DNA from: a virus | Lineage: Duplodnaviria > Heunggongvirae > Uroviricota > Caudoviricetes | DNA length: 38,416 bases | Reading direction: 5' to 3' (one strand) | IMG/VR virus record: IMGVR_UViG_3300012359_000001 | Coordinates: 1-38,416 of that record | Shown here: positions 1-8,893 of the stretch, in pieces | Numbering within the stretch: position 1 is the first letter of the stretch | Layout: every line of letters starts with the position of its first letter | Program-made: the position numbers and the translations under genes | Notes under the pieces: generated by a model | The model's input: the letters and a program-made list of their open reading frames with translations, nothing else | What the model was told of the DNA's origin: nothing | Databases searched by the model: none

Positions 1-59
1 GGGATCATACAAAGTGTTCCATTTGAGCAGGTAATGTTCACAGAGAATGGAGTATATCG

Positions 60-335
60 GTGGACATCGGAACCGTGATAGTGTTTGCCGCATCTGTGGG
101 TTTATTTATCTGGCTGGTAGTCAATATTGAGCGGCACTTGCGATTATTTTATTATCAGCAGGAGTGCAAGGCTCAACAGTACAACGAATGGCAAACCAAA
201 TTGGATTACCTTTCCTGGTGCTATCAGGTCAACGAAACACCTAGTGAGGTTGGGTACTTGGCTTACAAGCTTGAGCGATCGACTGTGAAATGGAACGGGC
301 ATGGAAACGTTGAGGAGGGCGAACAGCAATTATGA
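60..335 (+). CDS. Small membrane-anchored hypothetical protein
   Basis: GTG start after GGAG; N-terminal hydrophobic helix; overlaps next start. Confidence 0.6.
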   Translation: MDIGTVIVFAASVGLFIWLVVNIERHLRLFYYQQECKAQQYNEWQTKLDYLSWCYQVNETPSEVGYLAYKLERSTVKWNGHGNVEEGEQQL

Positions 336-943
336 TGGATGCACAACTTTACCTTATTCCAGAAAGCACCATGAGGGAAGAGGTCACGCCTGTACAAAAT
401 GACCGCTGTGCTATTTATATGAAAAAACCAGTGGCGGGTACAGGATTATGGACATCGGCATACCGAGAAGAAACGGACGATAGCGCATGGGTGGAGTGGT
501 GCCATTCAGAGACGTACAGCAATCCTGATCGTCAGTACTGGCACCTGCTTACCCCACGTCATGATGCACGTATCTATACGATTGATGGTCCTAACGACTT
601 CATTGCCCTTATAGCGCGGTACCCCTATGTCTCACAAGAGTTAGAGCGTTGCCTGCCTCCTCGCGCATTCTTTCGCCATTACTATACAGGTATAGACTTT
701 GAGAAGTTGAGTCAGGATTATGACGGATTGCATTTGACAGAAGAAGGAAATGCGCAGTTACATCTCCCTTTTGACTATGATTTTGATATGAATGCCTGGG
801 ATGTAGAGTCAACCGTCTGGTTTCGCTGGTGTTTTGAAAAAGTAGAATGTATCAGGACTCCAACGATAGTTGAGACAAAGCATGAGTGCAGGGAAGAGAA
901 AGAGCAACCAGTGACATCGATACAGTTTGAGGCGATATTATGA
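332..943 (+). CDS. Phage hypothetical protein
   Basis: 203-aa ORF coupled to neighbours; DYDGLHLT...WDVESTVWF segment looks conserved. Confidence 0.75.
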   Translation: MMDAQLYLIPESTMREEVTPVQNDRCAIYMKKPVAGTGLWTSAYREETDDSAWVEWCHSETYSNPDRQYWHLLTPRHDARIYTIDGPNDFIALIARYPYVSQELERCLPPRAFFRHYYTGIDFEKLSQDYDGLHLTEEGNAQLHLPFDYDFDMNAWDVESTVWFRWCFEKVECIRTPTIVETKHECREEKEQPVTSIQFEAIL

Positions 944-1512
944 GAGAAGACATCGATAGTTCGAGTTTCATCCTGGCTGAAAAGTACTTACCAGATGGTC
1001 GCAAACTGACGATAGAACCACAGACGTTTGGTTGTGCTCGTATAGGTATAGGGGAATACCCGCCACATCAGGATAGCATGACCTATGCCGATACCTGGGA
1101 TTTTCCGAGTAAAGCTGCGGCACTTCTTGCATACGCAAACTGGAATGCTGAAGAAGAACCAACCGACTGGCATCGACATCATGCAACAGGGCGATACCGA
1201 CACGGGGGCAATCCAGATCTTGAATATATCCGATGGGAAGGGACGGACGAACAACACATCAAACACGCGATGAAAGTACTGAGAAGTGAGGAGCGTTTCA
1301 TTGTCTCGATACACGATGAAGTGCGAGAACCGTTCTCACTTCCTGACGCTCGTATCTATCTAGTGACAACAGAAAGTAATACTTGTCAGTGTAGGATACC
1401 TTGCACATGGTATGACTACGCTTACCTCTATCTTGATCGATGCGTCATCCTGAACATTGTCGATACGATGAAGATAAGTCTCGCAACCCTCAAGAAACGA
1501 TTATACGGATAA
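940..1512 (+). CDS. Hypothetical protein
   Basis: ATGA overlap with upstream stop; 190 aa. Confidence 0.7.
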   Translation: MREDIDSSSFILAEKYLPDGRKLTIEPQTFGCARIGIGEYPPHQDSMTYADTWDFPSKAAALLAYANWNAEEEPTDWHRHHATGRYRHGGNPDLEYIRWEGTDEQHIKHAMKVLRSEERFIVSIHDEVREPFSLPDARIYLVTTESNTCQCRIPCTWYDYAYLYLDRCVILNIVDTMKISLATLKKRLYG

Positions 1513-1517
1513 ATAAT

Positions 1518-2057
1518 ATGGATATTACCGATATATTTGAAACAGCCAAAGAGCAGATTTTGAAGAGTGGCGATCATACCCCGATGATCTTTGCGGAAGA
1601 AGAGAACAGACAACTTACCCTTTTCGCTCTTGCAGTGGACTTTGGCGACCATATCACGACACACGAAAAAGAAGCGATGTTCTTCAGCACCGGTCGCAAG
1701 TTCGCAAAAGAGAAAACACCACTCCCAACACTCAAGCAACTTTGTTTTGTAAGTGAAGCCTGGATCAGCTATGTAAACAAAATGGAAGAACGGAAATATC
1801 GCTTTCCATCAGATGATCCGGATAGGGAAGAAGCGCTGATGGTGCTCTCACTTGATGTACCAACCATGCAACATACCTTGCATATGGCGACGATGATCCG
1901 CTCAAAGACAGGAAAGTTATTGGAGTTGCGTCCACAACCTGACATGATGCAGAAGAGTCTGAAAAGCGACTTACTCCCTTCGTTCCTAGCTGGCGTCTTG
2001 AGTGCGAAATATACCGACTCAGAATTTAGTAAGTGGAAGAAGAGGTTAGAGCATTGA
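1518..2057 (+). CDS. Hypothetical protein
   Basis: Start trimmed to ATG 1518 (MDITDIF), just after upstream stop. Confidence 0.7.
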   Translation: MDITDIFETAKEQILKSGDHTPMIFAEEENRQLTLFALAVDFGDHITTHEKEAMFFSTGRKFAKEKTPLPTLKQLCFVSEAWISYVNKMEERKYRFPSDDPDREEALMVLSLDVPTMQHTLHMATMIRSKTGKLLELRPQPDMMQKSLKSDLLPSFLAGVLSAKYTDSEFSKWKKRLEH

Positions 2058-2275
2058 CCGCCACAACACAACTTATCTGCTCAGATAGCACCAGTATCAC
2101 TCGTAGTGGCACCAGCGCTTTCACGGTTACAGGCACACGTATAGGCAACAATGTCTCTGTACGCATGGAGTTCGATGTTGTCTCGAAAGAGGAATGCATA
2201 ACAATGGTAGGTCACAAGCTGCAAAGTTCGTTGGTTGGCTCTATAAGCGCTATGGGAATGTATCTATTCTGGTGA
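2054..2275 (+). CDS. Hypothetical protein
   Basis: TTGA overlap with upstream stop. Confidence 0.5.
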   Translation: MTATTQLICSDSTSITRSGTSAFTVTGTRIGNNVSVRMEFDVVSKEECITMVGHKLQSSLVGSISAMGMYLFW

Positions 2276-2285
2276 TCGATAGCGA

Positions 2286-2582
2286 TTAAATAACCAACTT
2301 CACCTTCACCTTTGCGCCATTGCATAACACCTTCTCAACAGTCAGTACAACCGTACTAGCGCAGTTACAAGGCGTAACAGGCGGCTTCTTTGTCGGTGGC
2401 TTGTGATGGACAGGAGGAAGGTGTACCGGTCTGTGATGAGGCTTACACGGCTTCACACAGGCATGATAGCCACTATGACAGATCGGGCTACCTCCAAGTG
2501 TTGCAGCATGTACTTGAGATGGTACGATCAGAACAAGGAACAATCCAACTATAAGCGAAATAATGACAAGATGTGTTCTCAT
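2286..2582 (-). CDS. Small secreted Cys/His/Pro-rich protein
   Basis: AAGGAG RBS; signal peptide MRTHLVIISL...VHA; 7 Cys, Pro/His/Lys-rich middle. Confidence 0.7.
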   Translation of the reverse strand: MRTHLVIISLIVGLFLVLIVPSQVHAATLGGSPICHSGYHACVKPCKPHHRPVHLPPVHHKPPTKKPPVTPCNCASTVVLTVEKVLCNGAKVKVKLVI

Positions 2583-2624
2583 GATGGTGTCTCCTTTACT
2601 TTTAGTGTAGCAAGGAGACAAAAA

Positions 2625-2663
2625 GAAAGAGCCTGGATGATATCAATTCATCCAGGCTCTTTC
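2625..2663 (-). terminator. Intrinsic terminator of the leftward early transcript
   Basis: 16-bp perfect stem GAAAGAGCCTGGATGA/TCATCCAGGCTCTTTC, 7-nt loop, T-run on minus strand. Confidence 0.8.
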
Positions 2664-2666
2664 TGC

Positions 2667-2951
2667 TTAATTGCGCTTTTCCCACTCATCGGGGTTATTC
2701 AGCCACATCTCAATGCCTGATTCCACATCATCGACATCGGCCCAGGCTGCGTCTGCTCCCCATGCAATACCAAGACGCCCATCAATGTGTACTGCCTGTG
2801 CTTTTTCGACACTACCCTCGATGTTAATAAGGTAGCAGCAAACATCATGTGAGTTCTCAATGTTTGCTACAGGTATCTCTCGTTGAAGATCGGTTGCCGT
2901 GATGAGATCGCAATCAATCTCATCAGAGGACCACATTTTACGGATCTGCAT
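2667..2951 (-). CDS. Hypothetical protein
   Basis: ORF track; AGGA upstream of ATG 2951 (2972 is an alternative start). Confidence 0.65.
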   Translation of the reverse strand: MQIRKMWSSDEIDCDLITATDLQREIPVANIENSHDVCCYLINIEGSVEKAQAVHIDGRLGIAWGADAAWADVDDVESGIEMWLNNPDEWEKRN

Positions 2952-3018
2952 TATCTTTTCCTTTCTTGCCATTTTCCATCAATTAGATGCCCATAGCATT
3001 CAGCTATGGGGTCCCTGA

Positions 3019-3354
3019 CTAGCGTTTATCTCCATGCGTGAAGTATTCAGGTGCTACACTACGCTCTCTACATTCTTGAGCATGCTTGCGCCCACGCTCC
3101 CATACGTACTCCTCATGCAGATTTGCCATGTCAGCCTTAGCCGCATTGTACCGCTTCACTGCCTGCTGTTCCTCTTCACTAATACGCAATGTCTCGCTTC
3201 CATATCGATGTGGTACACGTCTCTGGTATGCGTGCTTTGCCAGGAAGCCTGCCACACCAGACTTGATGTTCAACGCTTTGCACTGAGCAAGCGCGGCGTC
3301 GAACTCTGTCTGACGTGCTATGCCCATCTCAGTTGATTTACAGTTTTTGCACAT
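3019..3354 (-). CDS. Hypothetical protein
   Basis: ORF in leftward cluster with AAGGA RBS. Confidence 0.65.
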   Translation of the reverse strand: MCKNCKSTEMGIARQTEFDAALAQCKALNIKSGVAGFLAKHAYQRRVPHRYGSETLRISEEEQQAVKRYNAAKADMANLHEEYVWERGRKHAQECRERSVAPEYFTHGDKR

Positions 3355-3372
3355 AGATTATTCCTTTCATCA

Positions 3373-3552
3373 CTACTTAAAAAGATGATCGATACGATCG
3401 TCTGATGGCAATTGCCTGGTAAGCAATGCCTCTGTCTTGCGTAGATTGTCAATGACTAACTCTAACTCGGTCTTCTGTTGTGTCAGTTCGACGACGACAA
3501 TTTTGATATTTTCGATGGATTGCTTGATTGCTGTAATGTTTTGCTTTTGCAT
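3373..3552 (-). CDS. 59-aa coiled-coil hypothetical protein (below ORF-track cutoff)
   Basis: GAAGGG RBS, MQKQNITAIKQSIEN...DHLFK*, fills gap in cluster. Confidence 0.6.
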   Translation of the reverse strand: MQKQNITAIKQSIENIKIVVVELTQQKTELELVIDNLRKTEALLTRQLPSDDRIDHLFK

Positions 3553-3566
3553 GATAATCGTCCCTT

Positions 3567-3788
3567 CTAGATATGTAGTGTCCCTGTTCGATCGTTGTTG
3601 AGGAAATGATCCTCCTCAACAACTTGCTTCATTGGTCTACCATTGCGTACTCCATCGACTGAGACAACGGCAACCACTTTATAGCCTGCTTGTCTATCGG
3701 TTTTGTCGCAACGATCTGCATAGACGAGGTTGTAATGCTTCTCGTTCTCCAACTCATTGCGGAGTGCGATTGCTTGCTTGTAAGTCAT
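3567..3788 (-). CDS. Hypothetical protein
   Basis: GAGGTG RBS before MTYKQ. Confidence 0.6.
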   Translation of the reverse strand: MTYKQAIALRNELENEKHYNLVYADRCDKTDRQAGYKVVAVVSVDGVRNGRPMKQVVEEDHFLNNDRTGTLHI

Positions 3789-4039
3789 ACTGTCACCTCT
3801 GTCAGATTGCGTGCGCACTTGCTACACCACTGGCTTGCATCCTTCATATCGACGCGTGCTTGTGACATGCTGGTGCTACTCACCATTTGCCCATGCGCCT
3901 CACAGACGGTAATGTATTTTCCATCGGCATCAATACCCTGCTCAGCAGCAAGATAGATCACATTGTGAATAGTGGTAAGTGCGTTGATCCGACTGGCAAG
4001 ATAACCAGCGCGGTCATTAAAAGGTTTCCGGTTGGTCAT
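3785..4039 (-). CDS. Hypothetical protein with CxxH/CxxC motifs
   Basis: AAGGAG leader; VCEAHG...WCSKC. Confidence 0.65.
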   Translation of the reverse strand: MTNRKPFNDRAGYLASRINALTTIHNVIYLAAEQGIDADGKYITVCEAHGQMVSSTSMSQARVDMKDASQWCSKCARNLTEVTV

Positions 4040-4052
4040 AGTGTTTGCTCCT

Positions 4053-4259
4053 TTATTTGGCCTGATAGTATTCAACAGTAATCCATCGTCCGTCTATCAA
4101 CTCTTCAACGGAAACTTTGTTGTCGTAGGGTTCGCCATCGTCAACGGTACAACGCGATAGCCATACTCGGTACTGCCCTGTATCGACTTTCAGATCATCG
4201 GCCTGTCCAGTTGCTAATGTATCCATGCCTTCCAACTCTTCTAGAGTGTAGTGCCTCAT
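4053..4259 (-). CDS. Hypothetical protein
   Basis: Same AAGGAGCAAACACTATG leader as the neighbouring gene. Confidence 0.7.
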   Translation of the reverse strand: MRHYTLEELEGMDTLATGQADDLKVDTGQYRVWLSRCTVDDGEPYDNKVSVEELIDGRWITVEYYQAK

Positions 4260-4272
4260 AGTGTTTGCTCCT

Positions 4273-4644
4273 TTATGAATAGCGTTCCATCAAAAACGAT
4301 GGATATGCACTTGCTAAATCCCCGCTCTCAGTGAGTAGGGTATGTACGACTTCGCACAACTGGCGAATAGTCATAGCCTGTAGTGCGAGATAGGTTGCTG
4401 AAGGAAGAATGTTCCGATAGACAACCAGCCACAAGCCGTACGACGCGGGATTGTACCCGTGAGGCAGTGCATCCTCATACACGACATCACGTGCCTCGTC
4501 AAAGCGCTCACACAAGTCTCGTATCGCCGCGAGACGGTCTTCTAGTGATCGCTCAACTTGCAGGTGAGTCACGCGAGAACGCCCCATCGTCTTGACGATA
4601 TAGGAGGCGAATTGCCGTTTGCTGAGTGCTGTGATGGTTGTCAT
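4273..4644 (-). CDS. Hypothetical protein
   Basis: AAGGA RBS before MTTITALS. Confidence 0.65.
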   Translation of the reverse strand: MTTITALSKRQFASYIVKTMGRSRVTHLQVERSLEDRLAAIRDLCERFDEARDVVYEDALPHGYNPASYGLWLVVYRNILPSATYLALQAMTIRQLCEVVHTLLTESGDLASAYPSFLMERYS

Positions 4645-4648
4645 GATG

Positions 4649-4852
4649 TTATCCTTGCTTCTTTGCGATGAATGCCCTGGCTCCACGCTCCGATTTGAAT
4701 TTGTATTCCTGGTTACCAGACTTGCCTTTGTGGAGGTATCGCGCTCCATCAGCAAACATCTTGATTGGGTAGTAGAGACCGGTTTGATTTGATCGGTCAA
4801 AACCGTAGATGTCATTGATCATTGTTCGCTCGAAAATTACTTCTGCTGTCAT
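4649..4852 (-). CDS. Hypothetical protein
   Basis: GAGGG RBS; first gene after the promoter at 4894-4922. Confidence 0.6.
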   Translation of the reverse strand: MTAEVIFERTMINDIYGFDRSNQTGLYYPIKMFADGARYLHKGKSGNQEYKFKSERGARAFIAKKQG

Positions 4853-4893
4853 GTCCGTTTCCCTCTCGCTAGTCAACTCTTCTTCATGTGTTA

Positions 4894-4922
4894 AGTATAT
4901 ATCATCATGTGATGATTGTCAA
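4894..4922 (-). promoter_or_regulatory. Sigma70-type promoter with operator ATCAT-N6-ATGAT (4901-4916)
   Basis: TTGACA-N17-TATACT on minus strand; palindrome fills the spacer. Confidence 0.85.
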
Positions 4923-4960
4923 GTAAAAAGAGGCGAATAACGACCAGTTTCCAGGCACGC

Positions 4961-5380
4961 TCAAGAATTGGTTTGTTTTCGTATCCAGTTGCCTATGGTC
5001 TGTTTGCTTGTACCTAATTTTTTCGCTATGTTCTCCCTAGACATGCCAGTTGCTAGTAATCGAAAAGCCTCTTCACGTACAGTTGGTGGATACCCCTCTT
5101 TTTCTATGCTTTTTTTTCCTGCCTGGGAGGGCTTGCCTCCTCTAGATGGATCGATGCGAACAGTGTTGAGGCTGTCAACGTAGTAGTAGATCGCTGTGGG
5201 CATGCGGGTGCCTTCAATTTTACCGTCTCTAAACAGAACATACACGGTATTCCTTTTATATTCCTTTTCATACCCTGCTGCCCTCGCTCGTTCACTGAGA
5301 ATAAGGGCAGCAGGGGTAGCGGTCGTCGCCTCACGCCCATTTATAATGATCCGTTCTGGTATTTCTTGTTGATTGCTCAT
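4961..5380 (-). CDS. HTH transcriptional regulator (C-terminal HTH), candidate repressor
   Basis: EAFRLLATGMSRENIAKKLGTSKQTIGNWIR; divergent from the replication operon. Confidence 0.75.
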   Translation of the reverse strand: MSNQQEIPERIIINGREATTATPAALILSERARAAGYEKEYKRNTVYVLFRDGKIEGTRMPTAIYYYVDSLNTVRIDPSRGGKPSQAGKKSIEKEGYPPTVREEAFRLLATGMSRENIAKKLGTSKQTIGNWIRKQTNS

Positions 5381-5398
5381 TGTTCCTCCCTATGTTGC

Positions 5399-5454
5399 TT
5401 GACTTTTTCTTTTCGTTAGTATACACTATACATCATTATAGAATGATAAATCAA
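5399..5454. promoter_or_regulatory. Overlapping opposed promoters with a second ATCAT-N6-ATGAT operator (5432-5447)
   Basis: + TTGACT-N17-TACACT (5399-5427); - TTGATT-N18-TATAGT (5454-5425). Confidence 0.6.
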
Positions 5455-5631
5455 GAGGGAAGGAGACGAGTTTTTGAGTGGTGGTTTTGTAATGTGGATT
5501 GTTCAGTGAAAAAGAAAAACACCCCGGCGTCGCAACTAGGGTGCTCATCTTTTAGAAAGTGTTCTTATGAATAAGAGTAGCACGCTATTCAATGCCTGTC
5601 AATGTGCCTCTTCAGGATATGAGGTGCCAGT

Positions 5632-6921
5632 ATGGTAGCAGCACCAAAGTTAAAAGCGGTATCACGTCCTCACGAACTGGCATTTATTGAGGTTGCGCGG
5701 AAGATACGGGAGAAACAGATCACTTCTCTTGCAGATATTCCGACCGATCTCAAACAGTTTACTTCAGTTGCGCAAGCCCTCTGTACTGCAAGGATAGACT
5801 TTGATGAGGCCAATTTCTGGACAGTCTATACCTCCCTTGCCATTGATCATCCTAAGTTAGCAGAATGGCGCAAGTCGATTGAAACCAGTTCAGAAATTGA
5901 GGAAGAGGAGGAAGACCCGCGTTTTGTCACTGGTACGAATGGCAAAAAAGTGTTTCGTACTCTTTCTATGCAGGAAATAAAACAACTCCCACGTGCTGAA
6001 TGGCAGATCCCTGGTATCTATCAGAAGGTGTCTGTTTCCATGACCTACGGGGATGCAAATACAGGGAAGACCTTCGTTGACCTGGACATTGCGCTTCACC
6101 TTGCCTATGGGATGTTCTGGCAAGGTCGGCAGCTCATGCAGTCTCGCGTGCTCTATATCTATGGAGAAGGGAATGAGGGACTTGCCAACAGGGTTGAGGC
6201 ATGGCAGAGGAAGCATGGGAAGGAGGATAGCGACTACATACGGTTCATCTGTTTTCCTGTGCAACTGATGACTGAACTTACTATCCTGTGTGACACGATT
6301 GAAGATCAGGAAGAGACACCTGGACTGATTGTACTCGATACGTTTTCAGTCTGCGCTAGTGGCATCCCTGAAAACGATAATGTGGAGGTTGCAAAGTTTA
6401 TCGCCTGTGCCTCCCATATTAAACGAACGTACAAAACCAGGGTACATATCATCCATCATGCAGGGAAGAATGGCGACTATCGGGGAGCTGCCGCGTTCAG
6501 GGGAAATGTAGACACCATGACGTTACTAGTACGAGAGAGCAATGAGTCTCCAATAGTCATGGTCTGCAAGAAACAAAAGGATGCAGCCTACTTTAGTGAC
6601 ATCAAGTTACAACTTGAGCAGATCTCCCTTGGCATCGACCCAGATAGTTACGAACCGATTACCTCCTGTGTTGTGATTACGTGCGATCTGCAAACACATA
6701 CAGAAGAGAAGACAGAGCAGGAACGGGCAACTATGTTGAAGGTGCTTGCTGACAACGGGCGTATGAGCAGTGCGAAATGGAAAGATGCTTGTATCGACGC
6801 CGGGATCAGTCGCAACGTCTGGTACACACAAAAAGACTACTTGACCCAAACAGGAAAGATACAAGAGGATATTACCGGTCCAGGGAAGCCCATCTTTTAT
6901 AGTGAGAGGAAACTATCATGA
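5632..6921 (+). CDS. AAA_25/RepA-like replicative helicase
   Basis: Walker A GDANTGKT, Walker B LIVLDT, IIHHAGK and RGAAAFRG motifs. Confidence 0.9.
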   Translation: MVAAPKLKAVSRPHELAFIEVARKIREKQITSLADIPTDLKQFTSVAQALCTARIDFDEANFWTVYTSLAIDHPKLAEWRKSIETSSEIEEEEEDPRFVTGTNGKKVFRTLSMQEIKQLPRAEWQIPGIYQKVSVSMTYGDANTGKTFVDLDIALHLAYGMFWQGRQLMQSRVLYIYGEGNEGLANRVEAWQRKHGKEDSDYIRFICFPVQLMTELTILCDTIEDQEETPGLIVLDTFSVCASGIPENDNVEVAKFIACASHIKRTYKTRVHIIHHAGKNGDYRGAAAFRGNVDTMTLLVRESNESPIVMVCKKQKDAAYFSDIKLQLEQISLGIDPDSYEPITSCVVITCDLQTHTEEKTEQERATMLKVLADNGRMSSAKWKDACIDAGISRNVWYTQKDYLTQTGKIQEDITGPGKPIFYSERKLS

Positions 6922-7043
6922 ACCCTTACAGCCCTTCCCGAACCCTTCCCGGTAATGGTCGTAACCCTTACACCCCTTACACCCTCTATAGAGGGTGTAA
7001 GGGGTGTAAGGGTATGGGTACCCCTGAAGAGGCAAAACAATGA
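6918..7043 (+). CDS. 41-aa bridging ORF across the palindrome
   Basis: ATGA overlaps at both ends (helicase stop, primase start): MNPYSPSRTLPGNGRNPYTPYTLYRGCKGCKGMGTPEEAKQ. Confidence 0.4.
   Translation: MNPYSPSRTLPGNGRNPYTPYTLYRGCKGCKGMGTPEEAKQ
6964..7013. repeat. 50-bp perfect palindrome with upstream CCCTT iteron-like repeats; candidate origin
   Basis: ACCCTTACACCCCTTACACCCTCTA|TAGAGGGTGTAAGGGGTGTAAGGGT checked base by base; located between helicase and primase. Confidence 0.9.
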
Positions 7044-8114
7044 AAGATGTAGTAACGCTTGCTGAAGAAGATACGAACCTGCATAAAGCGGCAATAAATG
7101 AGCTGGCTGGTCCCTGTCCTGGCTGTGGAGGAAGTGACCGTTTTCGGGTGCGCTATAGCAGAGATACTGGTACATGGCGGTTTATGTGTCGCTCCTGCTA
7201 TGATGCCAGTCAATTCATCGCTGAGAGAGGCAAGAAACGCGGTTGGGGAGATAGCATTGACTATCTACGACACTATAGAGGAATGTCTTTTAGGCAGGCT
7301 CAGATGGTAGTAGGAGAGCAATCAGGGACAGACTACACCCCTGAAGAGGCACAACCGCGCTATCTCTCCGATACATGGCAAAAGATTACACACGACGCAA
7401 TGCAAGCACATAGAAACCGTCTATGGTCTGATGATACGTTGGCCCTGGACTATGCACGTAGCAGGGGCTTGTATGATCATACCATACAGCAATTCCAGGT
7501 AGGGTACTCCATTCATAAGAGCGTTCCCTATCTGGTGATACCTTCCATCAATGACGGATGTTATGTCACGGTCTATCGGCGTGATTTGCGTCTTGATAGG
7601 CCAGAGGGAGTACCGAGATGGAAGGATGCACCAGGGGGAGCAAAGAGCGAATTGTACCTTGCAGATTGCTTATTCTCGCGGGTCAATCTTCCTGTGGTGC
7701 TCTGTGAAGATGCGTTTTCAGCGCTTACCATCTATCAGGAATGCGGCGATCTTGTCAATGTGGTAGCAACGGGCGGCGCGGCGTGCTGCATGACAACGAA
7801 ATGGATAGCACGTCTGGCCTGTATGCCCCTGATCCTGTATGCCCCTGATCCTGGTTGCACTTGATGCAGACCGTGAGGGTGATAAACACTCCCTGGAATG
7901 GCTGAAACGCCTCAAGAACGGGCGGCGCTTGCGCCCTCTGCTCAAAGATGCCAACGATATGCTCATGGACAACTGGAACATACGCGAATGGGTAGAAGAC
8001 GGATTGAAGGAGAAGTGTGTTGTCTGCAAGGCAAGTATTGACGATCCTGAGTATGAATTTGAGTATGATGCACGCGGCGTTTTGTATTATCGCCAGCACT
8101 GCCAGCAGGCTTGA
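7040..8114 (+). pseudogene. Zn-ribbon/Toprim primase frameshifted by a 16-bp tandem duplication
   Basis: CPGCGG..CRSC zinc ribbon, LCEDAF, ATGG; LDADREG lies in the second frame; removing one CCTGTATGCCCCTGAT copy (7818-7849) restores the frame. Confidence 0.85.
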
Positions 8115-8153
8115 CGAGTTTCTAAGCAGGTTCAAAACTGATAGGGAAAGTAC

Positions 8154-8182
8154 TTGACAATCATTATGTGATGATATATAAT
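8154..8182 (+). promoter_or_regulatory. Consensus sigma70 promoter with a third ATCAT-N6-ATGAT operator (8160-8175)
   Basis: TTGACA-N17-TATAAT. Confidence 0.9.
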
Positions 8183-8243
8183 ACTTGTAGATGAGGACCA
8201 ATAAACATTCAAAAAATTACCGCCTCATCTACAGGAGAAAATC

Positions 8244-8579
8244 ATGGTAGCAGTAATTGCAAAGGTACGCAAGCCCTCACCATCCATCATTGAGCGAACG
8301 ATGGAAGCCACAATTGAGATCAATTCTCATGCTGATGTTATTTGTAAAGTCCCTGGCAAGTTGTACTTCGTGAAATCCGATACCCTCACCAATCGGTACT
8401 ATCCAGTGATGTGGAGTGAGAGCGATCATTCATGGACGTGTAGTTGCGGCGGTCGTGCTCATTTACACAGCCACACGATCAAAGCGCAACAGGCATGTGC
8501 AAGGGAGCGGATGGAGCAGAAGGATAGGGAGTATGCACAGTATCGGGCATACGAACTGAGCCTGGGGATTTACAATTGA
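8244..8579 (+). CDS. SWIM-type zinc-finger-like protein
   Basis: WTCSC..(x)..H motif; AGGAG RBS. Confidence 0.65.
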   Translation: MVAVIAKVRKPSPSIIERTMEATIEINSHADVICKVPGKLYFVKSDTLTNRYYPVMWSESDHSWTCSCGGRAHLHSHTIKAQQACARERMEQKDREYAQYRAYELSLGIYN

Positions 8580-8851
8580 ACGACCAGACATCAAGAGGAG
8601 TGGGCAACCCTCCTCAGTGGTGGAATAGTGACGAATTGAGGGATGAAATGAACGATTATTGGCAAGAGCGGAAAAACATAGAGCGTGATTATATCCAGGT
8701 TCCAGACACGAAGCCTATTACTCACACGGTGGTCGTGACCGCTCCCATACAGTTGAAGCGGTGGGCAACCAGTGAAGATGCGGCTAATCGTCTGGCAGGT
8801 GTCTATCGCCTGCGCGGGTACGCCGTCACAATTGAGCAGGGTGCGAAATAG
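8576..8851 (+). CDS. Hypothetical protein
   Basis: TTGA overlap with upstream stop. Confidence 0.55.
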   Translation: MNDQTSRGVGNPPQWWNSDELRDEMNDYWQERKNIERDYIQVPDTKPITHTVVVTAPIQLKRWATSEDAANRLAGVYRLRGYAVTIEQGAK

Positions 8852-8893
8852 AGTAATCGGGCGGGTACTCACTCCTGCTCAAAGGATACCATC

